Assembly (NCBI RefSeq): GCF_030144855.1
Contig: NC_082711.1
Span: forward strand, 158,906,001-158,970,000
DNA: 64,000 nt
Reading direction: 5' to 3'
From: Hypanus sabinus
Lineage: Eukaryota
In this document: positions 11,631-23,999 of the stretch, piece by piece
How the letters are laid out: the number at the start of each line of letters is the position of its first letter
How positions within the stretch are numbered: position 1 is the first letter of the stretch
Program-made: the position numbers and the translations under genes
Notes under the pieces: generated by a model
What the model was told of the DNA's origin: nothing
The model's database searches: none
What the model saw: only the letters and a program-made list of their open reading frames with translations

Positions 11631-12612
11631 GAGAATAGAAAGTTTTTGTACACATTAATATGTAAGAAATTAATAGAGGCAATAGCTTGCTATATCTTCT
11701 CAGTTACAGTAAATGGTTCCATTACGAATGATGAAGATAATACAGATAAAATCTACTAGAAAGAGGAATGGGCAAATAATGCATTTAATAAATATAATTC
11801 CTTAATTCTTGTGTCTCTTGTGCCAGAATATCAGCCTCTAACATAGGAACATTTAACATTATAGGGGCAGCAATAAGTCCACTCTCTAGCAGAAGCCAAG
11901 TGATGGACAATTTCATCAGAGCAGAGGATTTACCCAGAATCTCCATCTCTGATCAGACTGACTCCAATCTAAAATCACTGTTGGCAAAGTGGCAAAAACC
12001 TTTCAAAATCCTTTTATGATTTTTACAAGTGGAGGTACGTATGTACTGTAAATCTGCATCAAGTACATCATTTGATAATGGACATTTTTATAAATTCATG
12101 TGAGAGTTTTGTGTGTCACCTTCGAAGAAAATGGTGCACGTGCATGACAGCTTATGTGATGCATCTAATCTCTCATTCTCTCTAAATTCAGTAATGCTTC
12201 CATTCTAAATTCTAAATTCAGTTTGAGATTAGTCTTGGGAATATGGGCTTGCTGCCATTACTTGAGATACTCCATTCCATCAGTTGCAGGTTAGAGAAAA
12301 ATCTGGTGTTATTTTGAAGTGCTGTTTTATCAAACAGTTTGTGCAGAGTTGAAATTGTCATACGTGCAAAGAACAAAGGAGGACCAAAGGGTCAAATCAG
12401 TAATCCAGCTCTGCAGTAATTTACCCAAGGACAAAACTATTTATCCCTCCAGTAACTTAAAAAGACATTAACTTTTTGCAGAAATATACTTTAAAGTTGT
12501 AAGTACACAATACAGCATTATGTCACCATTGACAATACATTTAATTCTATTTGCTTCCAAGATTTGCATTTTTATGTTTTATATCAGTTTTTCTTTCACG
12601 TGCATTTTATGA

Positions 12613-12800
12613 TTGTGGAGGCAAAGTTATTGGGTATATTTAAAGTGGTGGTTGATAGGTAGTTAATTAGTAAGGGTGTCAAAGGTTAGAGGGAGAAGGC
12701 AGGAGAATGAGGCTGTGAGGAAGAATAAATCGGGTGTGATCGAATAGCGGAGCAGACTCGATAGACTGAATGACCTCATTCTGTTCCTATGTCCTATGGC
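12613..12800 (+). mobile_element. CR1 3' end
   Basis: tgtggaggcaaagttattgggtatatttaaag...gagcagactcgatagactgaatgacc, same tail as other CR1 copies. Confidence 0.8.
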
Positions 12801-13039
12801 CAAGTCTGGGAAGGTTTTCACTTGGCTTCCACCCCCTTGATGTACAATGGCATAAAGGCCTTAAAGAGCACCCTCTCCCCATGGACCCTTTGTGACAGCC
12901 GCACCAGGCTTCAGCATGTTACACAACAAATGGTCGTGGACCTGGAGACGTACCAACGCACATCATTCAGTCAAAATCAGTTCTTCGGAGCATCAAAAAG
13001 TTTTGTAATTGAGATTGGAATTATTATTGATTTATTGGT

Positions 13040-13330
13040 TTATTATTGTCACATGTACCAAGATACAGTGAAAAGCAAATCTTGCATATTGTTCACTTAT
13101 TGATTTATACAGGTCAGATCATTGCGCAGAATATTGAGGTAGAATAAGGTAAAACAATAATAATACAGAATAAAATGTGACCACCACCAAAAAAGTGTAA
13201 TGCAGGTAAATAATAAAATGCAAGATCATAACAAGGTAGACTGTGAGGTCAATAATCCAACTTATTGTATAAGAGGTCCCTTCAAGCATCTGATAATAGC
13301 AGGATAGAGGATGTTTTTCATCAAATTAAT
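13040..13330 (-). mobile_element. Rex1-type LINE 3' end
   Basis: tttattattgtcacatgtaccaagatacagtgaaaag tail signature on plus. Confidence 0.6.
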
Positions 13331-13397
13331 AATCTTCCAGCAGCAATTGGTGTTTGCTTTAATATGCACTGCCCAAAATAACCTGCAGTTATTCAAG

Positions 13398-13593
13398 GCA
13401 AACACGAGGAAATCTGCAGATGCTGGAAATTCAAGCAACACACACAAAATGCTGGTGGAATGCAGCAGGTCAGGCAGCATCTATAGGGAGAAACACTATA
13501 AACCTGACGAAGGGTCTCGGCCCGAAATGTCGACAGCGCTTCTCCCTATAGATGCTGCCTGACCTGCTGCATTCCACCAGCATTTTGTGTGTG
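13398..13593. mobile_element. Penelope-derived fold-back insertion with central hammerhead motif
   Basis: Perfect 54-bp inverted arms (13439-13492 / 13540-13593) and a perfect 15-bp TSD ctgcagttattcaag (13383-13397 / 13594-13608). Confidence 0.85.
13504..13536 (+). ncRNA. Minimal type I hammerhead ribozyme motif (stem I 5' strand lost)
   Basis: CTGACGA-A-GGG(tctcgg)CCC-GAAA-T-GTC-GAC gives the CUGANGA box, stem II, GAAA box and a GUC cleavage triplet. Confidence 0.7.
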
Positions 13594-14099
13594 CTGCAGT
13601 TATTCAAGACTATTCTGGCAAATACACACCTGGGCTATGAGAACAATGCAATTTTTAATGTATGTCCTAGTTCTTCTGAATCATATTCCCAGCACCTTCA
13701 GAGAACTGGACCTGAGAGTGAACGAGTTGAATAATCAGTCAGACCAATTACCTAAGAGTGTGGCCTTGCTTTTGTTGGAATTCACTCTGCCCCGCAAGGC
13801 CAGATCAAGTTAGTCACCTGTTCAATAATCCGACACCAATAGTGGGTTCAACCAGTATATGCTGATGTCCTCCATGCACTGAGAGGCTTTGATCTGAATA
13901 CCTTCCCTACCTCGAATCGTCCACCCTTCTGATTCTCACATCCTTCGTGATGAGTTAAACACAATACTCAATAAAACAAATGACAAAACAGAGAGCAGCC
14001 CTGCCTAACTCCAAACTTCATCATGAAGCTATGCCAGATTTTAACTTATCTGTGTAGAAGAAGCATATCCAATTGCAAAATCCCTCCCATCATCACATC

Positions 14100-15760
14100 C
14101 GTTATGTTTTGTAACTCCGGAAACTAATCAAAAGAGGAGCACGGGCCGACTGGGAAATGCATGATTTAGTTTCGTTGTTACTTCAACAAAACACTCACAT
14201 ATTGTATTACATAGTGGCATAATGATGTATACCATTTACATACTTTAATATAAGCCCTTAATGAATTATGTAATCAACAAAGAATGCTTAATCAAGTAAT
14301 ATATTTACAATATTACTCAAATAGTACTGAAATATTAAATATACAACACTGCTTCCTGCTTATATATAAACTCCAGTGCAATATAGAATACATCTTAACT
14401 CCAGTACCCAATTCATAACTAAAAATTTAACCACTTTGGAGGATTTCTTACGCTTGTGGCTGTGAAACAATCTCAGATTCGGGGCCTGCTTTGTGGTGGT
14501 TGTAGGAGCTGACTCTGGGACTGCAGGAAGTGATTCTAACAGCCCTGGGCTCCTTTCTTCTCTAACAATTGACTCTGCTCTCCTCAACTGATCAATGCAT
14601 CATCTCCATATGGTATCAGACACCGTCTCCACTGTGTAGGAGAGTGATCCAGTTCTGTCCTTGATCTCCCCAACTGCCCACTTTTGATCACTTCTGCAGT
14701 GCATCACCAGGATTGCTTAGCACTTACACCACAGCAATGAAGTGGTTTGAGAGGCTGGTTATGAAACATATCAACTCCTGCCTGAGAAGCAATTTGGATC
14801 CACTCCAATTTGCCTACCAGAGCGACAGCTCTACAGCAGATGTCATTTAATTGGTTCTTCACTCAATCCTGGAACATCTGGACAGCAAAGATGCATACAT
14901 CAGGATGCTCTTTACTAACTACAGCTCACTGTTCAATACCATCATCCCCTCATAACCAATCAACAAGTTTAAAGACCTTGGCCTCAAAACCTCATTGTGC
15001 AATTGGATCCTCGATTTCCTCATGTGCAGACTCCAGTATCTCCGGATTGGAAACAATGTCTCCTCCACAATCTCTATCAGCGCAGGTACAGCACAAGACT
15101 GTGTGCTTAGCCCCTGCTCTACCTACTTTACACTTATCAATATGTGGTTGTTGGTTATTGTATTTCATTGTTACGAATGTCATACCCACAGGAATTATAT
15201 TTTCTCCAGTGTAAGTTCTTAGTTAGTTATCTGTAGGCTTCAGTTCAGTATCTTTGAAATGCCATTCTAACTCCTTTTGTAGTCTAAAACATCTAAGCCA
15301 GTGTCCATTCCATTTTAATTAATTTGCCATTCACTTTTGATGTCAGCTATATTGTCTTTGCAATGTAGTCAGCCATTTCTGCTTTATTTTTATTTATGAT
15401 TATTATCTCTCTGTACTCAGTATTTATGAACCTGTGAATTTCATCTGTTTTTTAAACTTGAACGTCTCACTGTGTTTCAAAGGATAGATAATCGCCTCAT
15501 TTTCATTTGAAATATCCTTGTTGCTACTGTTAATTTTTATATCTCCAGAAACTAATTGAAAGAAAAACACAGGGAGACTGGAGGAGACTTAGTTTCGTTT
15601 TTTTACTCTGGTGAAATACACACATATGATGACATAATAACATATGCCATTAACGTACTCTTACATATAATGAGTAATGAGTTATTTAAACAACAAAGAA
15701 TTCTTAATCAAACAATATAGTTACAAATACTCAAATAATACTGAAATATTAATACACAAT
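14100..15760 (-). mobile_element. Internally deleted Gypsy LTR retrotransposon with both LTRs
   Basis: Related LTRs at ~14100-14347 and ~15527-15760. On the minus strand: PBS-like gtagcaacaaggat, gag start (MADYI), protease-like VNGKLIKME..DTG, integrase C-terminus (KWAVGEIKDRTGSLSYTV...IDQLRRAES) and a purine-rich tract before the 3' LTR. Confidence 0.8.
14722..15135 (+). mobile_element. Rex1-type RT fragment inside the Gypsy element
   Basis: KWFERLVMKHINSCL..LDPLQFAY...CNWILDFL...[15 protein letters not shown]. No LINE 3' tail is visible. Confidence 0.8.
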
Positions 15761-16299
15761 GTCACCCAAACCCGGTTAGGGGACTGCACATTTCTTTTGA
15801 AGGAAAAGACACACCTGGTCAATCACATTCAATCAGTGATCTAGACCCTGCCACATGCAGGCTTCTAAACCTCCAGGACTGGGTGTTCTGGGAGGCTGTG
15901 CTATTTGTGGTCTGCAAATTATATAGCCTGGCATAGAAGTTTCTGCAGATTCCTGGAGTGTCGTTCTGCAAGAATGTCACTAAACCATCCCTTTCACAAG
16001 GCTACTGATCACAGAGCTCCCACTGTGAATTGTTTGACAGAACCCAGGCATGTCCAATCCTGCTCCATGAACCAGAATGATCTTGGAAGATTCAGACATG
16101 AAAAGCACATCGCAGCCAGATTGGTATCAAAGTTAAAGTCAAAGTCAAGTTCAGTGTCAAATGCCTAAGTACACGGAGGCACACATGCAATGAAGATCTT
16201 AGTTTTCAGCTCATCGCGGGCATCACTGGACTGGGACCTACACAGTGGACTAAGTCAATTTTTTTTGTTTTAATTGCATTTTTCCTGTAAAATGATGCT

Positions 16300-18010
16300 G
16301 AGATACATCCGAGATACTGGCATATGTCATCAGTGATGGAACCTGGGCTCATTGGGTGTTTCCAATCATTCAACATCAGACGTTCTCAGTTGCCAGTCAA
16401 GCGGCATGCGAACAAACCCGCTGTGGCTGTGGTTGGTCTTCAGCTTTGACAATGTCTATGGGTTTTCTGAGTTGTCAGAGGTGCTCACTGTTGTTAATGG
16501 CTGAGGAAATATTTTCTGCCACTGCCCTCAGTACCTGGTCATGGCGACAGCAGTAACGGCTTTCTTCCAGGACTCTTGGCATCTGCTGAGATGAGATGTG
16601 TTCCAGGGTCCCTCTCCCAGAGCAGAGAGGACATGATGGTGCCTCTTTTTTGCCCCGAGCAAAATTGTTCACTGGACTCGGCAAAACGTCTGAATCATGA
16701 ACTTAATGCGCTGGGCTTCTGCCCGCAAGGAGTTGGACCAGGAGATCTTCCCTTCAGCACACTCTCCCTCCTTGTCCAATCTTCTTGCAGCCCACTCCTA
16801 CCATCCTGGTGCTTTGCTCTTCCTTGCCAGCTGCTCGCAGCTCTTCCTGGAGCAGCTTGCATCTGTTCCGGCCCTGAGCCCTGTCGAAGTGGGTTGAAGG
16901 AAAGCTGCCTCCCTCCCTGACCAGACACCACTGTCTGTACAGATTCCTGTGCCTCAAACTCGACTGAGTTATCTCAACTACATCCTGTGCCTTCCACTTC
17001 CTGCCCGTTCTGACCTCAGTGCCTACCGACTTTTAGGTTACCGGAATCTCTGTATAGCAGCCGTTCTCTTGTATGGGAAACCATTAACTCCTCGTTCAGA
17101 CTACTGAAAGGAAGCTGCAGTTTCCATACAGAGCAATGCTGCTCAGGCTACGTGGGAGGCCCAGTCATCTTCAAACGTAGCCACTGATCTTTCTTTCAAC
17201 AGTTTCATCTGTTCAGATAACCTCATATATCAGCACTGACTGGAGGATCGAAGGGAGCCCTAGTAGATCCAGGCTTTGAACTTGCCAGGTAGGCCTGACA
17301 CAAGACAATACCAAACTCCTTAGTGGTCTTCTGAATGGCAGCCACATCTCTTAGTCTGCAGTCAATGACCTTCCCCAGGCTCTTGACTGGTTTCTCAGAG
17401 ATGGCTGGGATAGCAATAGCATCCAAGGAGAAGTGGAACTTGTCCATGAGTCTGACTTTCCTTAACATCAGAGACCTGGATTTCTCTGGCTTAAAGCTCA
17501 TCCTTGCCCATGCAATGATCCTCTCTAGCCCCTGCAGAATCCATCTACTGCCTGGGACTGATGTAGTTGTCACCATGAGATCACACGTGAAGACTCTGAT
17601 TGGGGGCTGCCGCACACCTGTCTTAGTCAGAGGGCCTCCATGCTCCACTTTGGCAGCCTTAACCAGCATGTTCATAATCAGGGAGAAGAGCAACACTGAG
17701 TTTGTACATCTATTTATAATTCTCTTCTCAAGCTGATGCCAGCCTGGTTTGGCCATTCATGATAAGAATATCGATCTGAAGCTCCTGTAGAAGACCAGGT
17801 CCTTTGAGTCCTTTATCTTCCTCAGAACATGATGTTGGTTCAGCGTGCTCTCTACCAGCTTATGCGGTAATGACCCTTATGAGTGGGCGAAGTATAGGTT
17901 TAAGTCTCCCTTTCCTTTGAGCACTTCCCTGATTAGCTGGGAAACCACACCTGTATGTTCTAGACACTCTAACACTGACAATCCCTCCTTTCTACACAGA
18001 GGTACCACTG
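16300..18010 (-). mobile_element. Hero-clade non-LTR retrotransposon (RT + CCHC/RLE-type C-terminus), degenerate
   Basis: CLEHTGVVSQLIRE, GSLPHKLVE, QPPIRVFTCDL (AFMDD region), WARMSFKPEKSRSL, PVKSLG, PSCPLCSGRGTLEHI and RHDQVLRAVAE. Confidence 0.8.
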
Positions 18011-18897
18011 TAGCCATTGTGGATAATTTATATTTTTCTTGTGAATGCTGCTTATCTGCACATAGAAAAGAGCTGGGAAAATCACTGGAGACTCCACCCA
18101 CCCTAGCAGTCACCTATTCACCAAATTGCCAACAGGGAGACAGCACAAGTCCGTGACAACCAGGACTACAAGTCACCTCTGATGCTTCTTTCCTGTAGCT
18201 ATCCAGCTTCTCAAAAAAACTCACTCAGGTGTAATACCCTAACTGTCCCTGCACAATATCTGTTAACTGGACTCTTCCCTTCTGTTTGTTCTGTTGATAA
18301 TTATTTAGTCTGTTTATATGTTCACATTTATTTAAGTTTGATTATTGACATTTATGCTAATTATTGATTATCATGGCTGTTTGCACTATTGTTTTGTAAA
18401 TTGTTGGTTGCTATTGTGTTGTATTGGGACAACACGGTGTGGGAGTATTGTCTTGTGTTTTATGCTTGACACCGAACCACAATCATTTCTGGTATGTTTC
18501 ACAAATGGGCAATAAAGTGATTATGATTCTTACTCAGACGAAGCTCTTTTCCTGTGATTCTGCAGGAAGTAATTTTTTTCATTACTCCTATCTGTGCACA
18601 CGACAATAAATTCAACTTTGACTTTGATGGAGTCACCGAATGGTATACAGGCAGCTTTACTTTGTTAGGAGATTGAGGAGATCTAGTATGCCAACAAAGG
18701 CTCATGCAAATTTCTCTAGCTGTACAGCAGGGAGCTTTCTGATTGGTTGCATTAACAGCTTGGTGTGGAGGCTCCAATGCACGTGATTGCAAAAGGTTGC
18801 AGAGGGCCGTAGACTTGCCAGCTCCATCATTGGCAAACTCTCCCCACTATCAAGAACATGTTAAGCAGGTGGTGCCTCAAGACAGTATCCATCACCA

Positions 18898-19266
18898 TGT
18901 TGCAAGGGCATGGCGATGGAACAAACCCAGGTGCAGAACACGGGCGCAGAGGTCGAGTCAGGATGCATTGCCGTCGTAGCGAGCGTGGAAAGGGTTCCAA
19001 GGGAGTCTTGGTTCTAGTAGATAATTCAGGAACAAGGTTAGGCTTAGAACTGATAGCCCTCAGTCCACAGAATAAGGTTACTCTTACACAAGTCGATCAA
19101 CGAACTGGCACCTTCGAGCTGTGGTCTCCAGATTCTTATACTACTTTGGTTGATGGAATGCAGGTGTTTGTAGTTATTGGAACCTGGGAATTGATTGGGA
19201 ACTAAACGAGATATTTAAGGCCCAATTCCTGAGGAAGATAGCCAGGTGCCAGAAGGGACCATGACA
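18898..19266 (-). mobile_element. Solo LTR (369 bp)
   Basis: TGT...ACA termini with a perfect 5-bp TSD cacca (18893-18897 / 19267-19271). Strand is tentative. Confidence 0.8.
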
Positions 19267-19514
19267 CACCATCCACAACAAACCTTTTTCTTATTATTAC
19301 CATCAGGGAAGAGGTACAGGAGCTGGAAGAGCCAACTCAACAACTTCAGAGTAGGTTATTCCCCACTATTTCTGATTTTCCCCAGGTTTCTGAATAATCC
19401 ATGAACCCATGAATATGACTTCATTGTACCTTTTTACACTATTTATTTGTAATTTATAATAAGTTTTATATGGTTGAGCTGTACTGCTGCTGCAAAACAT
19501 CACATTCCATGTCA

Positions 19515-19645
19515 TAAACAAAGAGAAGTTCTGCAGATGCTGGAAATCCAAAGTAACACACACAAAATGCTGGAGGAACGCAGCAGGCCAGGCAGCATCT
19601 ATGGAAATGAACAAACGGTCGATGTATCAGGACAAGGCCCTTCTT
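19515..19645 (-). mobile_element. Penelope-like 3' terminal fragment
   Basis: Family signature ctgcagatgctgga...aaatgctggaggaac..gcaggccaggcagcatctatgg. Flanked by catt(c/t)catgtca (19503-19514 / 19646-19657). Truncated inside the hammerhead core. Confidence 0.8.
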
Positions 19646-20107
19646 CATTTCATGTCAGGTATGTCATTAATAATAAACCTAATTCTGAATTTGATTTTTG
19701 CATAGTGTCATATAAGCAGCAATCACAATAAAAACATAAAAACAATTTTTTACAAGAATGAACACAATTAGAACAAAACTAAGTGCAAAGTTATCAAAGT
19801 AGTCATAGTGTTTCTAAACTCATTGATTAGTGTTGTGCTCGTTGGTTCAAGAACCAAATTATTGAAGGAAAGTAACTGTTCTTGACCATGCTGGTGTGGG
19901 ACTTTGGGCTTCTGTGCCCCTTGCCTGATATTATCCTTTGAAATACTGTGAACACAAAATGCCTTTCAGGCTTTGCACTCATCCCAAGGCAGAGCTCCTC
20001 TAAGATCAAGAAGCAGGACTATTCTTCCTCTTAAACATTATTAAAGAGAGAAAATTCGGTAGTACGTGATCAGACACTCTGAGAAGTCCTTTCCAATCTT
20101 TCTTAAA

Positions 20108-20415
20108 ATATTAGCTTTATTTTTCACATATACATCAAAACATAAAGTAAAATATGTTGTTTGTGTCAACGACCAGCACAGACTGGGGGCAGCCTGAAAG
20201 TGTCGCCATGCTTCTGGCACCAGCACCGCATGCCCACAAGTTACTAACCTTAACCCATACATCTTTCGAATGTGGGAGGAAACCAAAGCACCTGGAGGAA
20301 GCCCATGTTGTCACAGGGAGAACATACAAACTCCTTATAGCCAATGGCAGGAATTGACCTCAGATCTTCTCATTGTTGGCTCTGTAAAATGTTATGCTAC
20401 CATGTCATCGTGTAC
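20108..20415 (-). mobile_element. V-SINE-type SINE
   Basis: V-domain ggagtttgtatgttctccc...ggtttcctcccaca on minus, with an aataaagctaat tail. Confidence 0.8.
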
Positions 20416-21209
20416 AAAACTGTGCTGCCCTAGTGGCTTTTTATATCTGAAGGATTATGCGGCGAAGTGCAAATGATCAATTCTGTTGTAGCACTGCAGT
20501 ACAGTACCAGGTTAGTACTTCAAAGACCTGATTATTGAAAGGTACAACACATAACTTCTAAATTTGAATCCACTCAGTTATATAAATCTGGAACACAATC
20601 AGTAACTTTGATTATACGGCTAGTAGATAATCAAAATATTCATCTGTAATCTTAGGGAAAGAAAGTTGTCATCCTCCACAGCCCTCCCTTCCATGTACCT
20701 ATCCAAAAGACCTCTTCAATGTTATAAAAACATGTTGCAAATGTACCTGCCTCCACTGTACTCATTCCAGGTCCTGCCCTTTCCTAGTGATTTTTTAGTC
20801 ATCATCTTCAGGAATTTTTTTCCAATATCTTCCCCATCACTGAAGTTAAGCTCACAAGTCTGTGGTTACTTTGTTTTTGCTGCAGCCTTTCTTGAAAAGA
20901 GGGACCATATTTGATGTTAACAATCAGCCAATACCTCATTCAAACAAAGATTTAAAAATCTGAGCCCAAACCCCAGCCTGTGATAAATATCATTTTGTCC
21001 TGGCCATTTATCCACCTTTAAGATTACTAAGGCATTCTAACCCATCATTGACTTCCTAATTTCATGATTTAGTGCCTCCCTATACTTTTTAAAATCTTGA
21101 CAGAACTACCCCAGTTGTAGTTCCCTGTACCTTTCATGATCATCTTCTCTTTATCCAACCAGTTCTCCCTATACCTGACTTTTACTTATACAGGAACATG
21201 TTGGCTTTA

Positions 21210-21470
21210 AACTCCTGCTATTAATTTATAACTATTATAATTTAATTTATTATGTTATTCTATTATTATATTTATGAAACAATATGCCATTATATTTCTA
21301 TATCATATGTATAAATTCTACAATAATTTAAATTGTGTGATTAATATAGCAAAAAAATATAACTTGTATATTATATATATATCTTACAAATTGCAAATAA
21401 ATATATTACAAATTAATCAAATGTTACATAAAAAATTACAAAGTATAATATAATTATAACATACACTATA
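21210..21470. repeat. AT-rich low-complexity tract
   Basis: Almost exclusively A/T with tat/ata motifs. Confidence 0.8.
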
Positions 21471-22159
21471 ATGCTTTGAACTCCTAATCTACTTTTGTCA
21501 GATCTTTTATGTTAATAAGGTTTACCTTCCCTCTTCTTAAGTCTGTTATTACTGGTCCATTCCATTAGCTTTCCATAATCACTTTAGATTATAGAAGGTT
21601 ATGGTCTATCTTTCCAGATTTGGACCTCACGGACACCATCTTCAGTTTCCCACCACCTACATACTGACTTCTTACTTACGTAAAGTCTGATGTAAGAATA
21701 AAATATTATTTCAGTTTTTAGAATGAGTCGTTGTTTCAAGCTTGATGTGCATCATCATTTCTAATAGTGCAAAGCGAATTATGTGATTCAACTACTAATC
21801 AATGTAGTATGAAAAAATTTCAACTGATTATGTCTTTAAAAGACAGTAGAGTGTGTTTTGATATCACTGGGACTGCATGCAAGTTGAAAATAAGTTAGGG
21901 TTTACAACCAACAATCTACCTCAATACAATTAATGTGTATATTCAACAAGAGCTGTTGAAACAGCATGTAACAACAAAGTCCATTCAGAACATCTTCAGA
22001 AGCTACAGGAAGCGGAATATGATTTTAATTGCACTAAGATTTCAGAATCAAATGGGTTTGATATTTCCAACAAAATACTGTCACTGGCGGATAATTACAT
22101 AATGTGATTTAGATGAATAAGATCATGTACAACCACTGCTGTTTACAGGAACAACAGAT

Positions 22160-22440
22160 CTGATTAGCTTTATTTGTCACATGTGCATCAAAACATACAG
22201 TGAAATGCATCATTTGCGTCAAATCAGATCAGCGAGGGTTGTGCTGGGGAATCCATAAGTGTCGCCATGCTTCGGGTGCCAACAAGGCATACCCACAACT
22301 CACTCGCCCTAACCCACCGTGGGAGGAAACTGGAGCACCCAGCGGAAACCCACATAGTCATGGGCTGAACATATGAACTTCTTACAGCCACTGGCAAGAA
22401 TTGAACCCCTGTGTAATGCTGCCACTACACTGCAGTACCA
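22160..22440 (-). mobile_element. V-SINE-type SINE
   Basis: gtgggaggaaactggagcacccagcggaaacccac on plus is the antisense V-domain. Same tail as the copy at 20108. Confidence 0.8.
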
Positions 22441-22569
22441 CCCAGTTCTGAGTAGGAAAAGCTGGACCAAAGGTCCGACTGGGGAATTAGCAGTCATAAC
22501 TTTTCTTCTTGTTTGGAACAGACTGGTGCTGTCATTCTGTATAGCCAAAGCTCTACCTTAAGCTATTGG

Positions 22570-23240
22570 AGTCATAAAGTCATTGAACACTAAAGCACAG
22601 ACACAGGCCCTTTGGTCCATCCAGTCCATACTGAACTATTAATCTGCCTAGTCCTATCACCTGCTCCTGGATCATAGCCCTGCATATTCCTCCCATCCAT
22701 GTACCTAACCAAATTTCTCTTAAATGTTGAAATCAAACCCAGATTCAACTGCTGCTTACAATTACCCTATCTATACCCCTCATAATTTTGTATACCTCTA
22801 TCAAATCTCTCCTCATTCTCCTAGACTCTAGGGATGAAAGTCCTAATCTATAACTCATATATTCAAGTCCTGGCAATATTCTTCTAAATTTTGTCTGCAC
22901 TCTTTCAATTTTATTGATATCCTTACTGTAGGTACAGTAGGTGACCAGAACTGCACAGAACTCACCAGATTAGGTCTCGTCAACATCTTTATACAGCTTC
23001 AACATACATCCCAATTCCTGTACTCAATCATTTTATTTATGAAGGCCGATATACCAAAAACCACTTTTTATGACCCTTTCAGCCTGTGACACCACTTTCA
23101 AGCAATTATGGATCTGCATTCCTAGATCCCTCCGTTCTCACTCCTCAGTGCTCTACCACTCACTGTGTTAGTTCAACCCTGGTTTGTCGTCCCAATGTGC
23201 ACGATCTCTCACTTGTCTTCATTAAATTCCATCTGCCCTA
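22570..23240 (-). mobile_element. CR1 3' portion
   Basis: Antisense CR1 signatures ggtgaccagaactgcaca and ccctttggtccatccagtcca. Confidence 0.8.
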
Positions 23241-23999
23241 GCAATTTCATAAAGAATAATTACTTTCTGTGCAGCCCTGCATATCCTGACTTCACTTGGT
23301 GCTAGATTGGCGCCAACATTCCTGCTATTTAGTGCCATATTATACAGCACATGATGTCGGCCCAAGGATTCAATACATGCATGGCACCAGAAACAGGAGA
23401 AGACCACTCAGTCCCTCAGTTCTACCATTTATAGCCGATCTGATCTTTGGTTTCGCTTCAATTTTCTTACCAGTTGCTGTTATTTTCCTAAAAATGTTCA
23501 AATCTGTCTCAATCATAATGTCTTCACATCCACAGCTCACTGTAGTAGAAAATTTTAATCCAAAGATTCAACGATTCAAAGTACATATGCAGTATACAAC
23601 CCCGAGATGAATCTTCTCACAGACAGCCATGAATCAAAGAAACACCATGGAACTCATTCAAAGAAACATCAAACTGCCTACATGCTAAAAAAAAAGATCG
23701 AATTGCACAGACGGCAAAAAAACAAGCAAAAGCACATAGAATGTTATACATCGGACGACAGAGTCCTTGAAACAGTCCAGGAATGTTCAACTTAGTTCAG
23801 TTCGGTTCAATTGAATGTTGTGTCATTCATTGACAGCAGGCCGTAGAGCCAGACCGCTCCGATCAAAATCACAAAAAATAACAATAAAGAAAAGGAATAA
23901 CCAGAAACTGGGAGCATGTACCATATAACATGAACAGCAGAGAAAATCCACAAACCCATCTTAAGTCAAACTTTATCCTGAGCCAATCTGAACTCTCTC

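Larger units (their letters stand above)
13610..16130 (-). mobile_element. Degenerate Tx1/L1-clade LINE (pieces ~13610-14099 and 15761-16130) split by a Gypsy element
   Basis: Minus-strand translation resembles Tx1-type ORF2: SESSKII..., SSVISSL, ICRNFYARLY, GFG|xGxCNWIxLLYT, FGVRQGCSL, IKASQCMEDI (YMDD region) and LKVLGI. Confidence 0.7.
18590..19700 (+). mobile_element. Rex1-type LINE 3' portion with nested solo LTR and Penelope end
   Basis: GCI-TAWCGGSNARDCKRLQRAV, then LLPSGKRYRS-like, ending taataaacctaattctgaatt. Confidence 0.7.

Noticed and set aside
13398-13593. DNA-transposon MITE or CRISPR-like repeat
   Set aside because: The arms match Penelope 3' ends elsewhere in the window, the 14-15-bp variable TSD fits target-primed retrotransposition, and there is no repeat-spacer array.
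21210-21470. Organellar (NUMT) or foreign AT-rich insert
   Set aside because: No gene or tRNA similarity visible. Simple low-complexity sequence.
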